From Octopus sinensis (lineage: Eukaryota), in the NCBI RefSeq assembly GCF_006345805.1, contig NC_043005.1:23312001-23376000 (forward strand): DNA of 64,000 bases, given 5' to 3'. The notes below the pieces were generated by a model. It did not search any database. It was not told the DNA's origin and saw only the letters and a list, made by a program, of their open reading frames with translations. Position numbers and translations under genes: made by a program. Position 1 is the first letter of the stretch. Each line of letters starts with the position of its first letter. Of the stretch, positions 37,074 through 49,479 are shown piece by piece.

Positions 37074-38231
37074 TTTTCAAAAAGTACCACATTTTTTTTA
37101 TTTGCTGTTTTGCTCATCCCTATAACAATACATTTTGGTAATCATAGTTTACAATACGTCAAGTGAAACAGGAAATAAAAATAAAAAAAAACAAGCACTT
37201 TTTATAGTGGTTCTGAATAAAGAGTTTTGTGAATTCCATTTTCTTTCTCTCATTTTTTACAAACTCTACAGACATGAAGGAATTCCTGAAGTAAATCCAG
37301 TGGTGTATACCTCCATACATCAGGGAACCGAATACAGTGAAGGGGCTTTAAACAGCATGCTATACGGTGTATATCTGAACATAGAATTATATATTCGCAT
37401 GTATGCATGCATATATATATATGAGAGAGCGATTGATATATTTGCAAAAACAACTTCTATTGACAATTAGTCAAGAGCAAGCTTAGTTTGTGACATGGTT
37501 ACCAAGCTAAATGGTGTACCACTGATCACAACTATAGTTTCTTGGTGCAGCAGCCACACTGGTATGTCAGACATCTTGTCTTGTTGGAATTTCAAACTGT
37601 CTGTGTTGGTAATTGATAGACAGCTTAAGGTCAGATTACTTACATTGCAATAAAGATGTGGCTTTGTTTGACTAATGGAAAAGCTATTTTATTTAGTTTG
37701 AAGTTTTAGCTATTCTCTTTTTTTCTTCATTCACTTTAAAGATCTTTCAACCTCTGTCAGTACTAAAGTAACAAATATTAACATCATTATTATTATTATT
37801 ATAGTTGTGGAATGGCAGAATTATTAGTGTCAGAGAAATGCAATGTGGTATTTGTTCAGGCTCTTTATATTTCTCTTCAAATCCCTGCTGGGGTCAACTT
37901 TGCCTTTCATCTTTTTGGGGTTAATAAAATACCAGTTAAGTGCTGATATAATTGTCTCTCCTCTCCTCTCCAGATTTCAGGGCTTGCACCTATGTTAGAC
38001 ACAATTGTTATTATTATTAAGCCATGATAATTTGGTAGAATTTTTTGAGCATTGGAAAAAAATACCTTGACATATGTCCTGGCTGTTCAGTTCTAAGATC
38101 AACTTTGCTTTTCATTTCTTCAGGTTCAATAACATGAAGGAACCAGTCAAGTATTGGGGTCGGGTTAATTGACTGACTCTCCGTTCTAAATTTCTGGCTT
38201 TGTGATAATGTAAAAGCCTGAGGAACTAGCA

Positions 38232-38450
38232 CAAAGTAGATGTAGGCGTTTTTAAATCAAGGCTGGACCTCTTCCAGTTGAGTCCCAGATGAACCTACCT
38301 CACAGCAAGAAGTGCAAATGAGGGTAGCTACATCAGACTCCATTCTTCACCAAGTGCCACATATTGGCGGAGGATCTCAGTAATAACAGTGTAGCAAAAC
38401 AGCGGTGCATCAGCATGTCCGCAGCTCTGAGCTGAAACTACAGAGAAAAA
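38232..38450 (+). mobile_element. CR1/L2-group LINE 3' end, same family as 11500-12350
   Basis: VFKSRLDLF...PDEPTSQQEVQMR; ends cagctctgagctgaaactacagagaaaaaaaa. Confidence 0.8.
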
Positions 38451-39383
38451 AAAAGAAATATATATATATTACTCTTTTACTTGTTTCAGCCATCCGGCTG
38501 AAGCCATGCTGGGGCACCGCCCTTAAAAAAGCGATGTGCATATATATATATATATATATATAAATACACACAGACACACATACACTCACACATATATATG
38601 CATATACATATATATAAATGTATATACATGTAAATATACATATACATATGTATATACAGATACATGTACATCTATCTATATGTATGCATATGCATATATA
38701 TGTATATAAGTATATACATATAAATAAGTATATAAATACATATATATATATATATATATATATACATACTTAAATGTACATACCTACAAATATATGTATA
38801 TATGCATGCATATATGGGTACAGGACATCAAAAAAATGTTGGAGACAATGAGACATGCAACATAAAGAATATTCCCCTTCAGAAGTTGTCCCTGTTTCAT
38901 CTACTCCACGTTTCAAAGGCAAGGACAATGCAGGACTTCGTTGAAACAGACCTTCCTGCAAAGCAAATTAAATAAAATTTGGGATTTTTTGCTGAGGGTG
39001 AAAGTGGTAACAAGAACAGGACAGTGAGAACAAGACAGTAAAAACAAATGGTGAGAGCTGTGAAGCCAAGATGATAGAAAAATTATTATGAATGCTAGGA
39101 AGATGAGCTTATGAGAGGGAGACAGGTATAGGCACGTGTTGTCTTAAGGAAGGAAATGAGCAGAAAGATAGATTCCCTTTCATCACGTTTCGGCGACGAG
39201 AGAATCAAGGAGAAGAGTGAGAGAGAGGGAGTGGTGAAGAGAAGAGAAGAATAGGGAAGGGTGGGAGAGAAAACCAGAAAGAATGAAGGACAAGAGGAGA
39301 GAGATAGTAGAGATAGAAGAGCGCGCATCGTAATTATTAAGATAAAACTTTCTTGGAAAAAGATGCATGGCGTTCAGTCATAA

Positions 39384-39817
39384 TCTGTATATATAAAAGG
39401 CAGGATGTGTGTGTGTACGTGGATGTAGTTTATGCACATCCACAAACTAGCATGCATGTCGCTCAAATTTTAGGAGGACATTCATCACAATCCTAGCTGT
39501 ATTTTCGTCAAATTATTTTCCCCCGTAGGTACCAAGCGAATAGCAGTAAAAATAATTTTAAACCATAACTTCTAACAATTTTCAAGTCGGAGTAATACAC
39601 CATCATTTGCAAATATGAGTTAAGTCCCCTTCTTTGGACGGTGTAAAGAGAGAGAGAGATAACAGATTTTTAAAATTTCGCCTTTCTAGTGAGTGATTGA
39701 CAGGCAAAAACAGACACACAGGAGTTGTTATGTATGTATGTGTGAATGGCTTCAGTCACACACACACACGAACATGTATACGTACAAAACATCTATGCAA
39801 TGTGTGTGTGTTGTCCG

Positions 39818-39849
<32 letters not shown>

Positions 39850-40529
39850 TAATATAGACGATATTCTCTGTTTCTCCACAACTAATTTCCAAATTAGCGG
39901 AATCCGTTGCTCTACTCATATTGACATATAGCTGGTTGTGCATGAACATGGGAAAGAGCAGAAGTTACCAGAGCAAAAATCCTAAGTGTTGACTGTAGAC
40001 ATGCTCCTTCGCAAACGATCAGCTATTATTTTGTAAACAATGTTTCGAAACTGTTTGTTTTCAAAAGGAGAGATCTGACTCTTACATCTCTGCGGGAGAA
40101 GGTAGGCTTCTCTATTCCTCTTACAAAACTTACATCTGGGTGCCAAATTTGCTTCAATTGATGGTATTACTCAGGTAGGGTTGGTGGTGGGACACAAGCA
40201 GGGGCAAGGGCGTTCAAAAAACATGTATGCAATAGGTGTATGTACGTATATGTTTTTGTGTGTGTGTGTGTTGCCCATATATATATATATATACTTAGTT
40301 GTGATCTGAACGTAACCGCCTCTCACAGCAGATTGGGGGCCCTTTAGGGCGTTCTATTTTCCTTGCTGGAAGGGTTCCCAACCCATGGGCAAATGGTGGG
40401 GGGTATTTTCAAAAGGGTTGGCATATGTAACCTGATCACCACTGCCGATCAAACAACCAACCCATGCGCGACACTGATTAAGCTTATAATCCTAACTTTA
40501 TCCCGAGCAAAGCCGGGCTACACTGCTAG
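39384..40529 (+). mobile_element. Non-autonomous Helitron with both ends present
   Basis: 5' A|TCtgtatatataaaag at 39384; 3' hairpin cccgagcaaagccggg (40502-40517), CTAG at 40526-40529, then T. The A|T target and lack of TSD are typical of Helitrons. Confidence 0.7.
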
Positions 40530-40566
40530 TAATATAAATAATATATAAATATGTATAAACATATAA

Positions 40567-40619
<53 letters not shown>

Positions 40620-40620
<1 letters not shown>

Positions 40621-41145
40621 GTATAAAAAAATACAAACTGGGACAAGAACGCAAAACATTTTGATGGCGATACAAAAAACATGGACGGGACATTCAAAGC
40701 CTTCAATCTTCAGTCAAGAACTGGATCATCCTCGCAATTTTGGCTGATTAATCTTGAGATTGTTCCAATCTTGTCAGCCCAAGAGAACAAAGTGTACGTA
40801 TGCGGCTATATATATATATATGTATGTATCAAAATAAAATACAAAATGAGACAAGAATGCAAAACATCTGGACAACTAGATGACACAAAAAGGGACAACA
40901 AAACATCCAGACAGACGACACAAAAAAACAAGGACGGATCATTCAAAACCTTTTATCTTCAGTCAAGAACTGGATCATCCTCGCAATTTCAGCTGAATGA
41001 TCCGGTTCTTGACTGAACATAAAAGGCTTCGATTGACCCGTCCTTGTTTTTTTGTGTCATCTGTCTGGATGTTTTGTTGTTGCTGTTTGTGTCACCTAGC
41101 TGTCCGGATGTTTTGCGTTCTTGTCCCATTTTGTATTTTATATGT
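40620..41145. repeat. Two tandem copies plus one inverted copy of a ~160-bp repeat, with further copies at 42611-42735 and ~36840-36930
   Basis: cttcagtcaagaactggatcatcctcgcaatt occurs at about 40708 and 40957; reverse-complement copies start at about 40996 and 42611. Confidence 0.8.
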
Positions 41146-42172
41146 TTTTGTGCTGCACACAGGCCTACGATGCCACCACGGGTCCTCACACAAATGGCCC
41201 GCAGTTTGCTGGCCCAAAGAAGCTCGCGTGCGACGACGTTCAGTAAATCAGAAACCCACTCCGGACGGTGAAGCAGCGAAACATAGCCAGTAGAGCCAAC
41301 AACAACAAAAATAACACACACAAGCGTTACATAGTCAAAGTAGATTTTTTTTTTAACAGAACATTCAACAATGGTTAACGAATCATTCAACAACTTTGGA
41401 AAGTTCTTTTTTCCTTTCCTTAGTTCCCTTTAAAGAAAACACATTTAACATTTAACAACACAAAGTTCTTTTTCTTTTTTCCTTTTTTAAACTCAAAGTT
41501 CGTTTCTCAAAACATTTAACACAGTCCTATCTCTTCTTTCTTTTCTTTTTTTTTCTTTTCCCTTCTTTTAAAAGCAGTTAACAACTCAGTTCTTTTTTTC
41601 CTTTCTTTTCTTTTAAATAATCACATTTAACAACAAAGTTCTTTTTTTTTTCTTTTCAAACAGTTAACGTCGCAAAGCATTTCTCAACATTTAACACCAC
41701 AAAGTTTTTCTTTTCTTTCTTGAAACATTCAACAACACAAAGTTTTCTTTATTTTTCTTAGAACATTTAACAACACAAAGTTTTCTCCTTTTTTAAAAAC
41801 ATTTACCGGTTATCCCACTACATCACTTGCCTGGTCATTCAGTTGGCCGTCTCTCGCTCCATGTATCTCTCTCTGCCCCCTGTCTGTCTCAGTCAGACCA
41901 CGTCTGCCCCTTGTCCCATCTTTCTCTGACTGCCCGGAAACTCAGTGATACCCGTGTATATGAGCCAGAAAGAGAGGCGTACCGTACAGAACAGTGCGTA
42001 TTTCCCTTCCAACTCTCTGTGACCGTAGAGGGCCAGAGGTCAAGTGTGTACAGCCATAAACAACAGTGCTCCTTGACAGGATAAAGGAAATACCACTGAC
42101 CTGAACAACTGGAACACCGTTTTGATCCCAGCTAATGGAAAAAGGGACAATGTTTTTTTTGCGTTCGTATCA

Positions 42173-42204
<32 letters not shown>

Positions 42205-42284
42205 ATATGTATACACACATATATATATACACACACACACACATATATATGTATATTTTCATTTTATTTTCATTTCATTTTATC

Positions 42285-42576
42285 TAGTTTCAACTCACGA
42301 GCTGTGGCCATGGTGGGCAACCCCCATTCGGTGTTGCTACATGATTTTACTTCACGAATGCTTAACAATTGACATTTGGTGCATGAGAGAGTTTGATGCA
42401 GCTGCTCTCATCTGCACCTCCTGCCGTGAAGTTGGTTCATCTGGGACACCTGACAGGAAGAGGTCTAGCTTTATTTTAAAGATATCTGCATCCACCCCAT
42501 GCAGGTCTTTCAGGTCCTTCGGGAGGATATTGAAGAGCTGTGGACCTCTGAAGCCCAGGCTATCACAATATCTTGT

Positions 42577-42578
<2 letters not shown>
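42285..42578 (-). mobile_element. CR1/L2-group LINE 3' end, third copy of the family
   Basis: RTRYCDSLGFRGPQLFNILPKDL...VPDEPTSRQEVQMRAAASNSLMHQMSIVKKHS (ORF 42352-42672), nearly identical to 11903-12271. Confidence 0.9.
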
Positions 42579-42613
<35 letters not shown>

Positions 42614-42724
42614 CCGAAATTGCAAGGATGATCCGGTTCTTGACTGAAGATTGAAGGCTTCGAATGTCCCATCCGTGTTTTTTGTATCGTCTCTTCTAAA
42701 TGTTTTGCGTTCTTGTCCCAGTTT

Positions 42725-42792
42725 GTATTTTTTTACATATATATACACACATATATATATACACACATATATATACACACACACATATATAT

Positions 42793-42838
<46 letters not shown>

Positions 42839-43090
42839 GTATATACATACATATACATATGTATATACATACACATATATATATATATGTACATACACAT
42901 ATATATATATATGTACATACACATATATATATATATGTACATACACATATATATATATATGTACATACACATATATATATATATGTACATACACATATAT
43001 ATATATATATGTACATACATACATATATATATATCTACATACATATATATGTACACATATGGGCATATACGCAAATACATGCACACAGAC
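42725..43090. repeat. Compound (TA)/(CA) microsatellite with ~22-24-bp higher-order units
   Basis: atgtacatacacatatatatatat repeated; source of several spurious long ORFs. Confidence 0.9.
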
Positions 43091-43139
43091 ATTTTGATAG
43101 GTTTCGGCCAGTGTTGGCTCAGGCCATGTCTAACTTGAG

Positions 43140-43940
43140 CAAAGTCATTCAGATCAGGATTCAGACAACCTGGCTCACTCAAGTAGAGTTATTGTTTACA
43201 GAGACATATCCGTGTGTAGGAGGCCTATCCAGGTTGTTTTGAAGGAATTTGTTCAAAGACTTCTTGAACTTTATGGTGTCTTTTTCTCCTTTAATGTGTA
43301 TTGGTGTAATGTTAAACAAAGTGGGACAAATTGAGGCGAAATAATGGTGCTGTATTGTTCTTATGAGATGCGAGTGTGATTTATGTTGTGGGCAGGTAGC
43401 ATGGGGCCCAATTCTTGGGTGATGCCAACATCATTTGGGCAAAGCTGACAGAATATATTCAACATCAATCAGATGATGTAGTGCTCATGGTGATGTTGAC
43501 GCGAATAAAGCTTGAGCTTTTCTAGTCAACCCCAAAAGTCAAGCCCTGTCATGTCATGTATTTTTTTTAATTGACCTTTGAGATGCTTCAACTTTCATGA
43601 TACTTTGTTTCATGTGGGGATACCACAATGGACAACAGTATTCAAGGTGGGGTCGGGCAAAAGTGGAGAAGAGAAGGATAATGGTGTGGATATTTCTTGA
43701 TTGGAAAGTTCTGAGAATCTAGTAACACATTCTGTGGGCCATGTCAACTTTGCTGTTTATATGAATGGCCCAGCTTACGTTGTTGTCCACAATTACTCCC
43801 AAGTCCCCGATGTAGTTGGATGCCATGAGAGTTTTACCTGAAATATGGGAGTTTTAGGGTATCTTCTTTTTGAAGTAGCTTAACTCAAAGTTGTCCTCGT
43901 TCAGCAACATATTGTTCTTTTCTGCTCATTGGATGACAGC
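43140..43940 (-). pseudogene. Decayed CR1/L2-group LINE RT thumb and C-terminus
   Basis: Minus-strand DLGVIVDN followed by WILR.F-like remnants (~43690-43810); many stops. Confidence 0.55.
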
Positions 43941-44245
43941 CAATAGATCTCTCTCACTCACACACACACACACACACATACAGAGTCATTTTTGTTAATT
44001 TTCTTCCTCTTTGTGTAAAATCATTTATTAAAAGCAGAAATAATAAAATGTTTACTTTATTTGAAAATTTACTGTGACCACTAGCATTTCCCCCTAAAAT
44101 GTTATGGTTCTCATCATCTAGTTGATACTTGCTTGTTTAATACATGGCAGTTAAATTTATTATATATTATTTTTAGGAACTAGTTCTTTGAACTATGTTT
44201 GTAGAGCAAACAATATTTCTGATAACATAAATGTGTTTTACACGT

Positions 44246-44286
<41 letters not shown>

Positions 44287-44489
44287 AAAGGCAAGATTTG
44301 ATGAAACTTCAAAGTTACTGTCACATTTGAAAAAAAATTATATCTAACTCTACTCATTGAATTCTTTTTTTCAGTTAATAGGTTTTGTTTTGTTTTGTTT
44401 TTATGTATATATTTTTCACTTTCCGTGTTGGGGGGTATTGCACTAATAAGCTAAGAGAAATTATGGTGATGATATACAGGTGCAAGTAT

Positions 44490-44885
44490 ATAGTAAGAAT
44501 TTTACTTCCCGGCCACATAGTTCCAGGTTCAATCACATTGCGTGGCACCTTGGGCAAGTGTCTTCTACAATATAGCCTTGGGCCGGCTAAAGTCTTGTCA
44601 ATAGACAGAAATTTGGTAGACGGAAACTGAAAGAAGTCCATCGAATGTGTGTGTGTCTGTTGATCTATCTAATCTATTAGTGTCTGTTTGTACCCCACCA
44701 CTGCTTGACAATCAGTGTTGGTGTGTTTACATCCCCATAACTTAGCGGTTTGATGAAAGGAAAAGAGACCAAGGGAATAAATACCAAATTTGAAAAAAAA
44801 AAGTCCTGGGTTGATTTGTTTGAGTAAAATTCTTCAAGGTAGTGCCCCAGAATGGCAGCAGTCTAATGACTGAAACAAAAGATAA
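44490..44885 (+). mobile_element. CORE-type SINE
   Basis: ggcaccttgggcaagtgtcttctacaatatagcc...gcagtctaatgactgaaac. Confidence 0.8.
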
Positions 44886-46184
44886 AATATGTCTGTATAA
44901 ATATATTTTACCTTTGTTCATCTGCAATTGTTGTCTTTTCTACTTTCTCTCTCTTTTGGTCACATTGCTCTGAGGAAGCAGAGACTATAGAGCAGTAAAA
45001 AGTTTTGTGTCTTGCAAGGTACAAAACAATCTCACTCGTGCTGGTGCTTTGATAAAATATATGTCTGCAGCACTCTGTAAAGTGGTTGGTATTAGAAAGG
45101 GCATCCAGCCATAGAAACCATGCCAAAACTAGGACATACAAACAAGGTCCAGCCCGCAACCTTTCTAAGAATAACTCTGAATAAACCTGACTTGGTCAGT
45201 GGTGACCCATCCAACCCATGCCAGCACAAAAAGCGGATCTAAATTGATGACAACGATGATGATGATATATATATATAAACTTCACTACTTAAAGAGGTAT
45301 ATTTTTTTAAAGGTTTATTAAATCTGAGTTATTATTTCTATAACATTGAAGTATTTCTTAATTTTAAATTATTCACAATTTAATTTAATTTGAATTGCAA
45401 TGTATTGAGAAATGCATTATATCTGTTGGGGAGTTAGCATGTGCTTTTAGTTTGGGTAGTTATTATTATTAGTGTTACACACATACAAACTCTACCTAGT
45501 GCAAGGTGTGTGTATCCTGTTAACATTGATAACAGACTAGTTATTTTAGCCAGTGACAAAATAGGTCTTATTACTTATTATTTGGAAAAGGAAGGATATG
45601 TCATTCATTTTTTGTGCTTATTTTATTTTTATAGATGAATTATTTATCTGCTAATTTTATTACTAACATAGAAATTTACTTTTAAATTTGATAATTCCAA
45701 TTAAGATGTATATATATATCTGGGTCTGTTGCTCTTTTCTGTCTGAAATTGGTACTCAGTTAAATGAATGTAATTCTTCAGGCGGTATTATGGAAATGTG
45801 AAAGGTAGAAGATACTAAGTCCATAAGACCACCACTCATCATCATTATTATAATTTTAACATTCACTTTTCCATGTTGGCATGGGTCAGATGAGATTTAT
45901 CGAGACAGTGGTCCAACAGCTGGATGCTCTTCTTGTAATCAGCCCTTATTTGTTTCCAAGTAGTGTACTATTTCCTGTGAACAGCTAAATGACTGGATAT
46001 ATTTTTACAGGAGATATAAACACAGCAACACTGCTTTAATGTAGTGTGCAAACATCACAAGGGGAGGGCCTAGTCAACCATGTAGTTAATCAGGAAGGTG
46101 TTATAAACAATAACTGGTGTAGCTGCAAAGTAAAGGTGATGCTTTATATAGATTTCCAGAGGGCTGGACAAAGTTATGAAATAC

Positions 46185-46960
46185 AGTTCTATATTTAAGA
46201 GATGAGGAATTATGTACATTATTGACATTTTGAACCTGGGTTCTCATTCCTAAGGTTATTTGTCGATGTTGTTGTTTGGCTTGGAATCTTGGGGTTAGTA
46301 GCCTGCACTCTTAACCACTACGCTATATGCCCATGGGCAATTATGGAGTGAGTTTTAGGGCTTATAAATCAAATATTTTCCTATTCTTCCTTGATACCGG
46401 TTCCCATATGCTACTCGTATCTACACTCAGTTTGCTTAGGGGGTTGTTGTGTCCTAGCATATGTGCTGCTGCTTTTAGTTGTATTTTTTAGTGGTGGTCT
46501 CTGTCTATTATTTTAACTTCATCCCACAGGGGGAGGTGGTCTCCATTTTACCATACATGATCAGCTATACCCGATTTATGAATATCTCCCCATGTCACAG
46601 CTTTGCGATGTTCCTCTACCTTTATTTTGAAGGGGCGGCATGTTTTGCCTTTGTATAACCTACCACAGCTGCATGGGATGGAGTACACACAGTCTTTGGT
46701 CATATTCTCTTCTATTGGTGGTTTTACTCGAAGAAGATATTTGCGAAGTGTTGTATTACTCTTGAATACTCTCCTGATGTCATATAAACCACATATCTTT
46801 TGTATCTTTTTGGAGAGGCATGTTTTAGGCACTGAGCAATCCCACTCTTTATACTGTATGGATGGGGGGACCTGAAGTTGAGGTATTGTCCAATGAAGGG
46901 TGGCTTGCGGTATACGGATGTCCTGAATCCATACTTGGTGTGTGTTATTAATACGTCCAG
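46185..46960 (-). mobile_element. Penelope-like element 3' portion (GIY-YIG endonuclease and 3'UTR)
   Basis: GIY-YIG ORF remnant, then a frameshifted continuation (LPLWDEVKIIDRDHH...), then a 3'UTR shared with 33200-33460 and 34058-34200. Confidence 0.85.
46548..46832 (-). pseudogene. GIY-YIG endonuclease domain fragment of a Penelope-like element
   Basis: VFKSNTTLRKYLLRVK...CVYSIPCSCGRLYKGKTCRPFKIKVEEH...KSGIADHVW matches the PLE pattern VY.IPC.CG..YIGET.R.L..R..EH. Confidence 0.85.
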
Positions 46961-47079
46961 GAATGCTAGCTGATTGTCTTTTTTTGTAAATAATGTAAAG
47001 TTATGAAAGTTACAAAAAACCTTATTGCCTAATATAATTAGGTTAAATGAGATGCAGTTTGGTTTATGTGCCAGGGAGT

Positions 47080-48060
47080 AAGGCAGTTGCAGGAGAAATG
47101 TTCAACAAAAAATAAGCTGTTATACTTGGCAACTGCCAGATTGGAAAAAGCCTTAAACAGGGTCCATCATTCATCTGATGGTTTCTGAGGAAGCTGAGGG
47201 TAGACGAATGGGTTTTGAGAGCCATACAAGCCATTTAAAGGAGTGCTATCAGTAAGTTGAGAGTTAGCAATGAGTACAGCAACGAATTTAGTGTACAGGT
47301 GGGAGTTCACCAAGTCTCAGTCCCCTCCAATTCATCAATGTCCTCTAGACTATCACAGAGGCATTTAAGACTATTGCTCTTGGGAACTATTATATGCTGA
47401 TGACCTGACCTCATTTTAATGGAATCTGTTGTAAAATTAGAAAAGAAATTCCAGGCATAGAAGCAAAACTTGGAATGAAAGGGAATTAAAATTAACTTAG
47501 CAAAGACCAAATTTATAGTAGGCAGGAAAACAGGGAGGACTCTATTCCTTTCAGCTTAATGGCCCTGTTCGAGAGGAGGATGTTCTGAAAGTATTGTTGC
47601 CAGAATAAGAACAGGATGGAGAAAGTTCATAGAGCTATTATCCCTGTTGTTAACAAAAGTCACTCTTGCTTAGAGTAAAAGGCAGATTGTATGATGCTTG
47701 TGTATGAACAGCAATGCTACCTGGGTCCTGAATGCAGAGGACCTGCAAAGACAAGAAAAAGAATGAAACTAATATGACCAGTGTGTATGTTGGACAAAAT
47801 GCTACTGTGTTGAGAGGGAAAATGGGTATAAAAGGAATTGGGTGTGGGTAAGGGAGATGGCTGTACTGATATGGTCCTGTGATGCATATGGGTGTGAACA
47901 GCTTTATAAAGAAGTGCTGGTTACTAAATTCATGGCACTTGTGGAAGGAGACTCAAAGGAAACATGGGATAAAATGAAGGTTGATCTCAAGATGCTGAGC
48001 CTTGTGGAAGAGATGACAAAGGACCAAGATGATGGGTGATTCATTGTGGTCAAGAAAACC
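47080..48060 (+). pseudogene. Decayed RTE-clade LINE RT and C-terminus
   Basis: EKA..RV, VGVHQ and WELLYADDL (YADD at 47393-47404), then RVKGRLYDACV. Confidence 0.8.
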
Positions 48061-49479
48061 CATCCATCATAGCAAAAGTGAGGTCTTAAAAGTATTATGC
48101 TTATGTCTTTATACTCACTGGGCCCTGCTTCTGCACCCTATCTGTTCCTGTCAAGTCTTTCCCACCCCTCATATTCTTAACTCCATCCCCACCATTCTTC
48201 AGTACTATTCAACTGCTGTAATCACATGAGAAAAGAATCTTCACAGTGCTACCAGCTAAATCCTCCTTTTCCTAGAACCACTTTCTTTGAAACTCCATCT
48301 GTCATTCTCAATATTATCCTTTCCTACTTTGTTTTCTCATGTACCTCCAGTTATCTCATCCTTTCCTCTGAGTTATATCTTAAGTCTGCCGTATCTCATT
48401 TTCATCATCCTCTCATGTCTGCCATTGGTGCACCCCACCTCTGTCTTCCTCATGTAGCCATCCCTATGTACCTCGGGCATCCGTCTTTTGCTGTACATCT
48501 CACTCTCTCCCACCTCACACGTCATCTCCCTATTTTTTGATCAGTCAATATATTTAATACACTGCTGCTCTCCACTCTTCCTTTACTGCCACTTATCACA
48601 ACTCCTTGAGTCTCTTGTATTTCTTTCACTGTCCATACCTTCAAAGATGTGTGAAACGAGTTCCCTTACTTGAGAAACAGGTAAGAATAACTACAGGAAG
48701 GACATTCAGCTGTAAAATAATGCGTCAATATATTTGTCTAACCCATTCTAGCAGAAAAATTAACCAAAGAATACATCTACACACACACACTTGGTGCTCA
48801 AGTTTCTGTTGATAAAAAAATTACAATGGAGAGTAAAAACTAATTCTTTTTTTTTTCCCATCCAATTCTCCCTATCATTCAATCACTATCCATGTTCATA
48901 TTGCTCTGAAAAATTACTTCTTATTGATAACTTGCTTTTGTCTCAATTTAAGTCTCACATAATACAATCCAAAATTAATCTTCAATTATCTTTCCTGGAA
49001 AAATGTAATTTTCTATAATTAACTCTGTCCAATCTTTTCATTTGCATCACATTAATTTTTTTTTTCTCTTTTTCAATTATCCTATATTATTTTCAATTAC
49101 AAATGGTAAAGGTAACCATGTTGAATACCAATACCTCTGAATCTCAAACCAATGTGGGAAGGTCTACATGGTCAGTAGGCTTTCTAGAAATAGTTGTCAA
49201 ATCTACTCCAATCACACAGTATGATTTTAAAATGGAAGAGGGACTGTTAGAGAATATAATCATAGGTACATTGTTTGGATAATAAATGAGATGGTCATAG
49301 CTGGAACATTTTTGATCATAAATCTGTTGGATGAGAGGTGACCAGAGTTAAATAACAAGAAAGGCTGGATTGGATAATATGGATACTTCAAATAAAACTG
49401 GGCGATCATAGATAAGTTTAAACAGAGTTGACCTTGGGTTAACCAATAACAGTGTTTGTGTATGTGTGTTTATATGCAG

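Noticed and set aside
42122-43242. Long ORFs of 106-180 aa rich in Y, I, H, T, M
   Set aside because: Translations of (TA)n and (CA)n microsatellites. The same applies to similar ORFs at 8.7, 13.1, 17.0, 38.5 and 58.8 kb.
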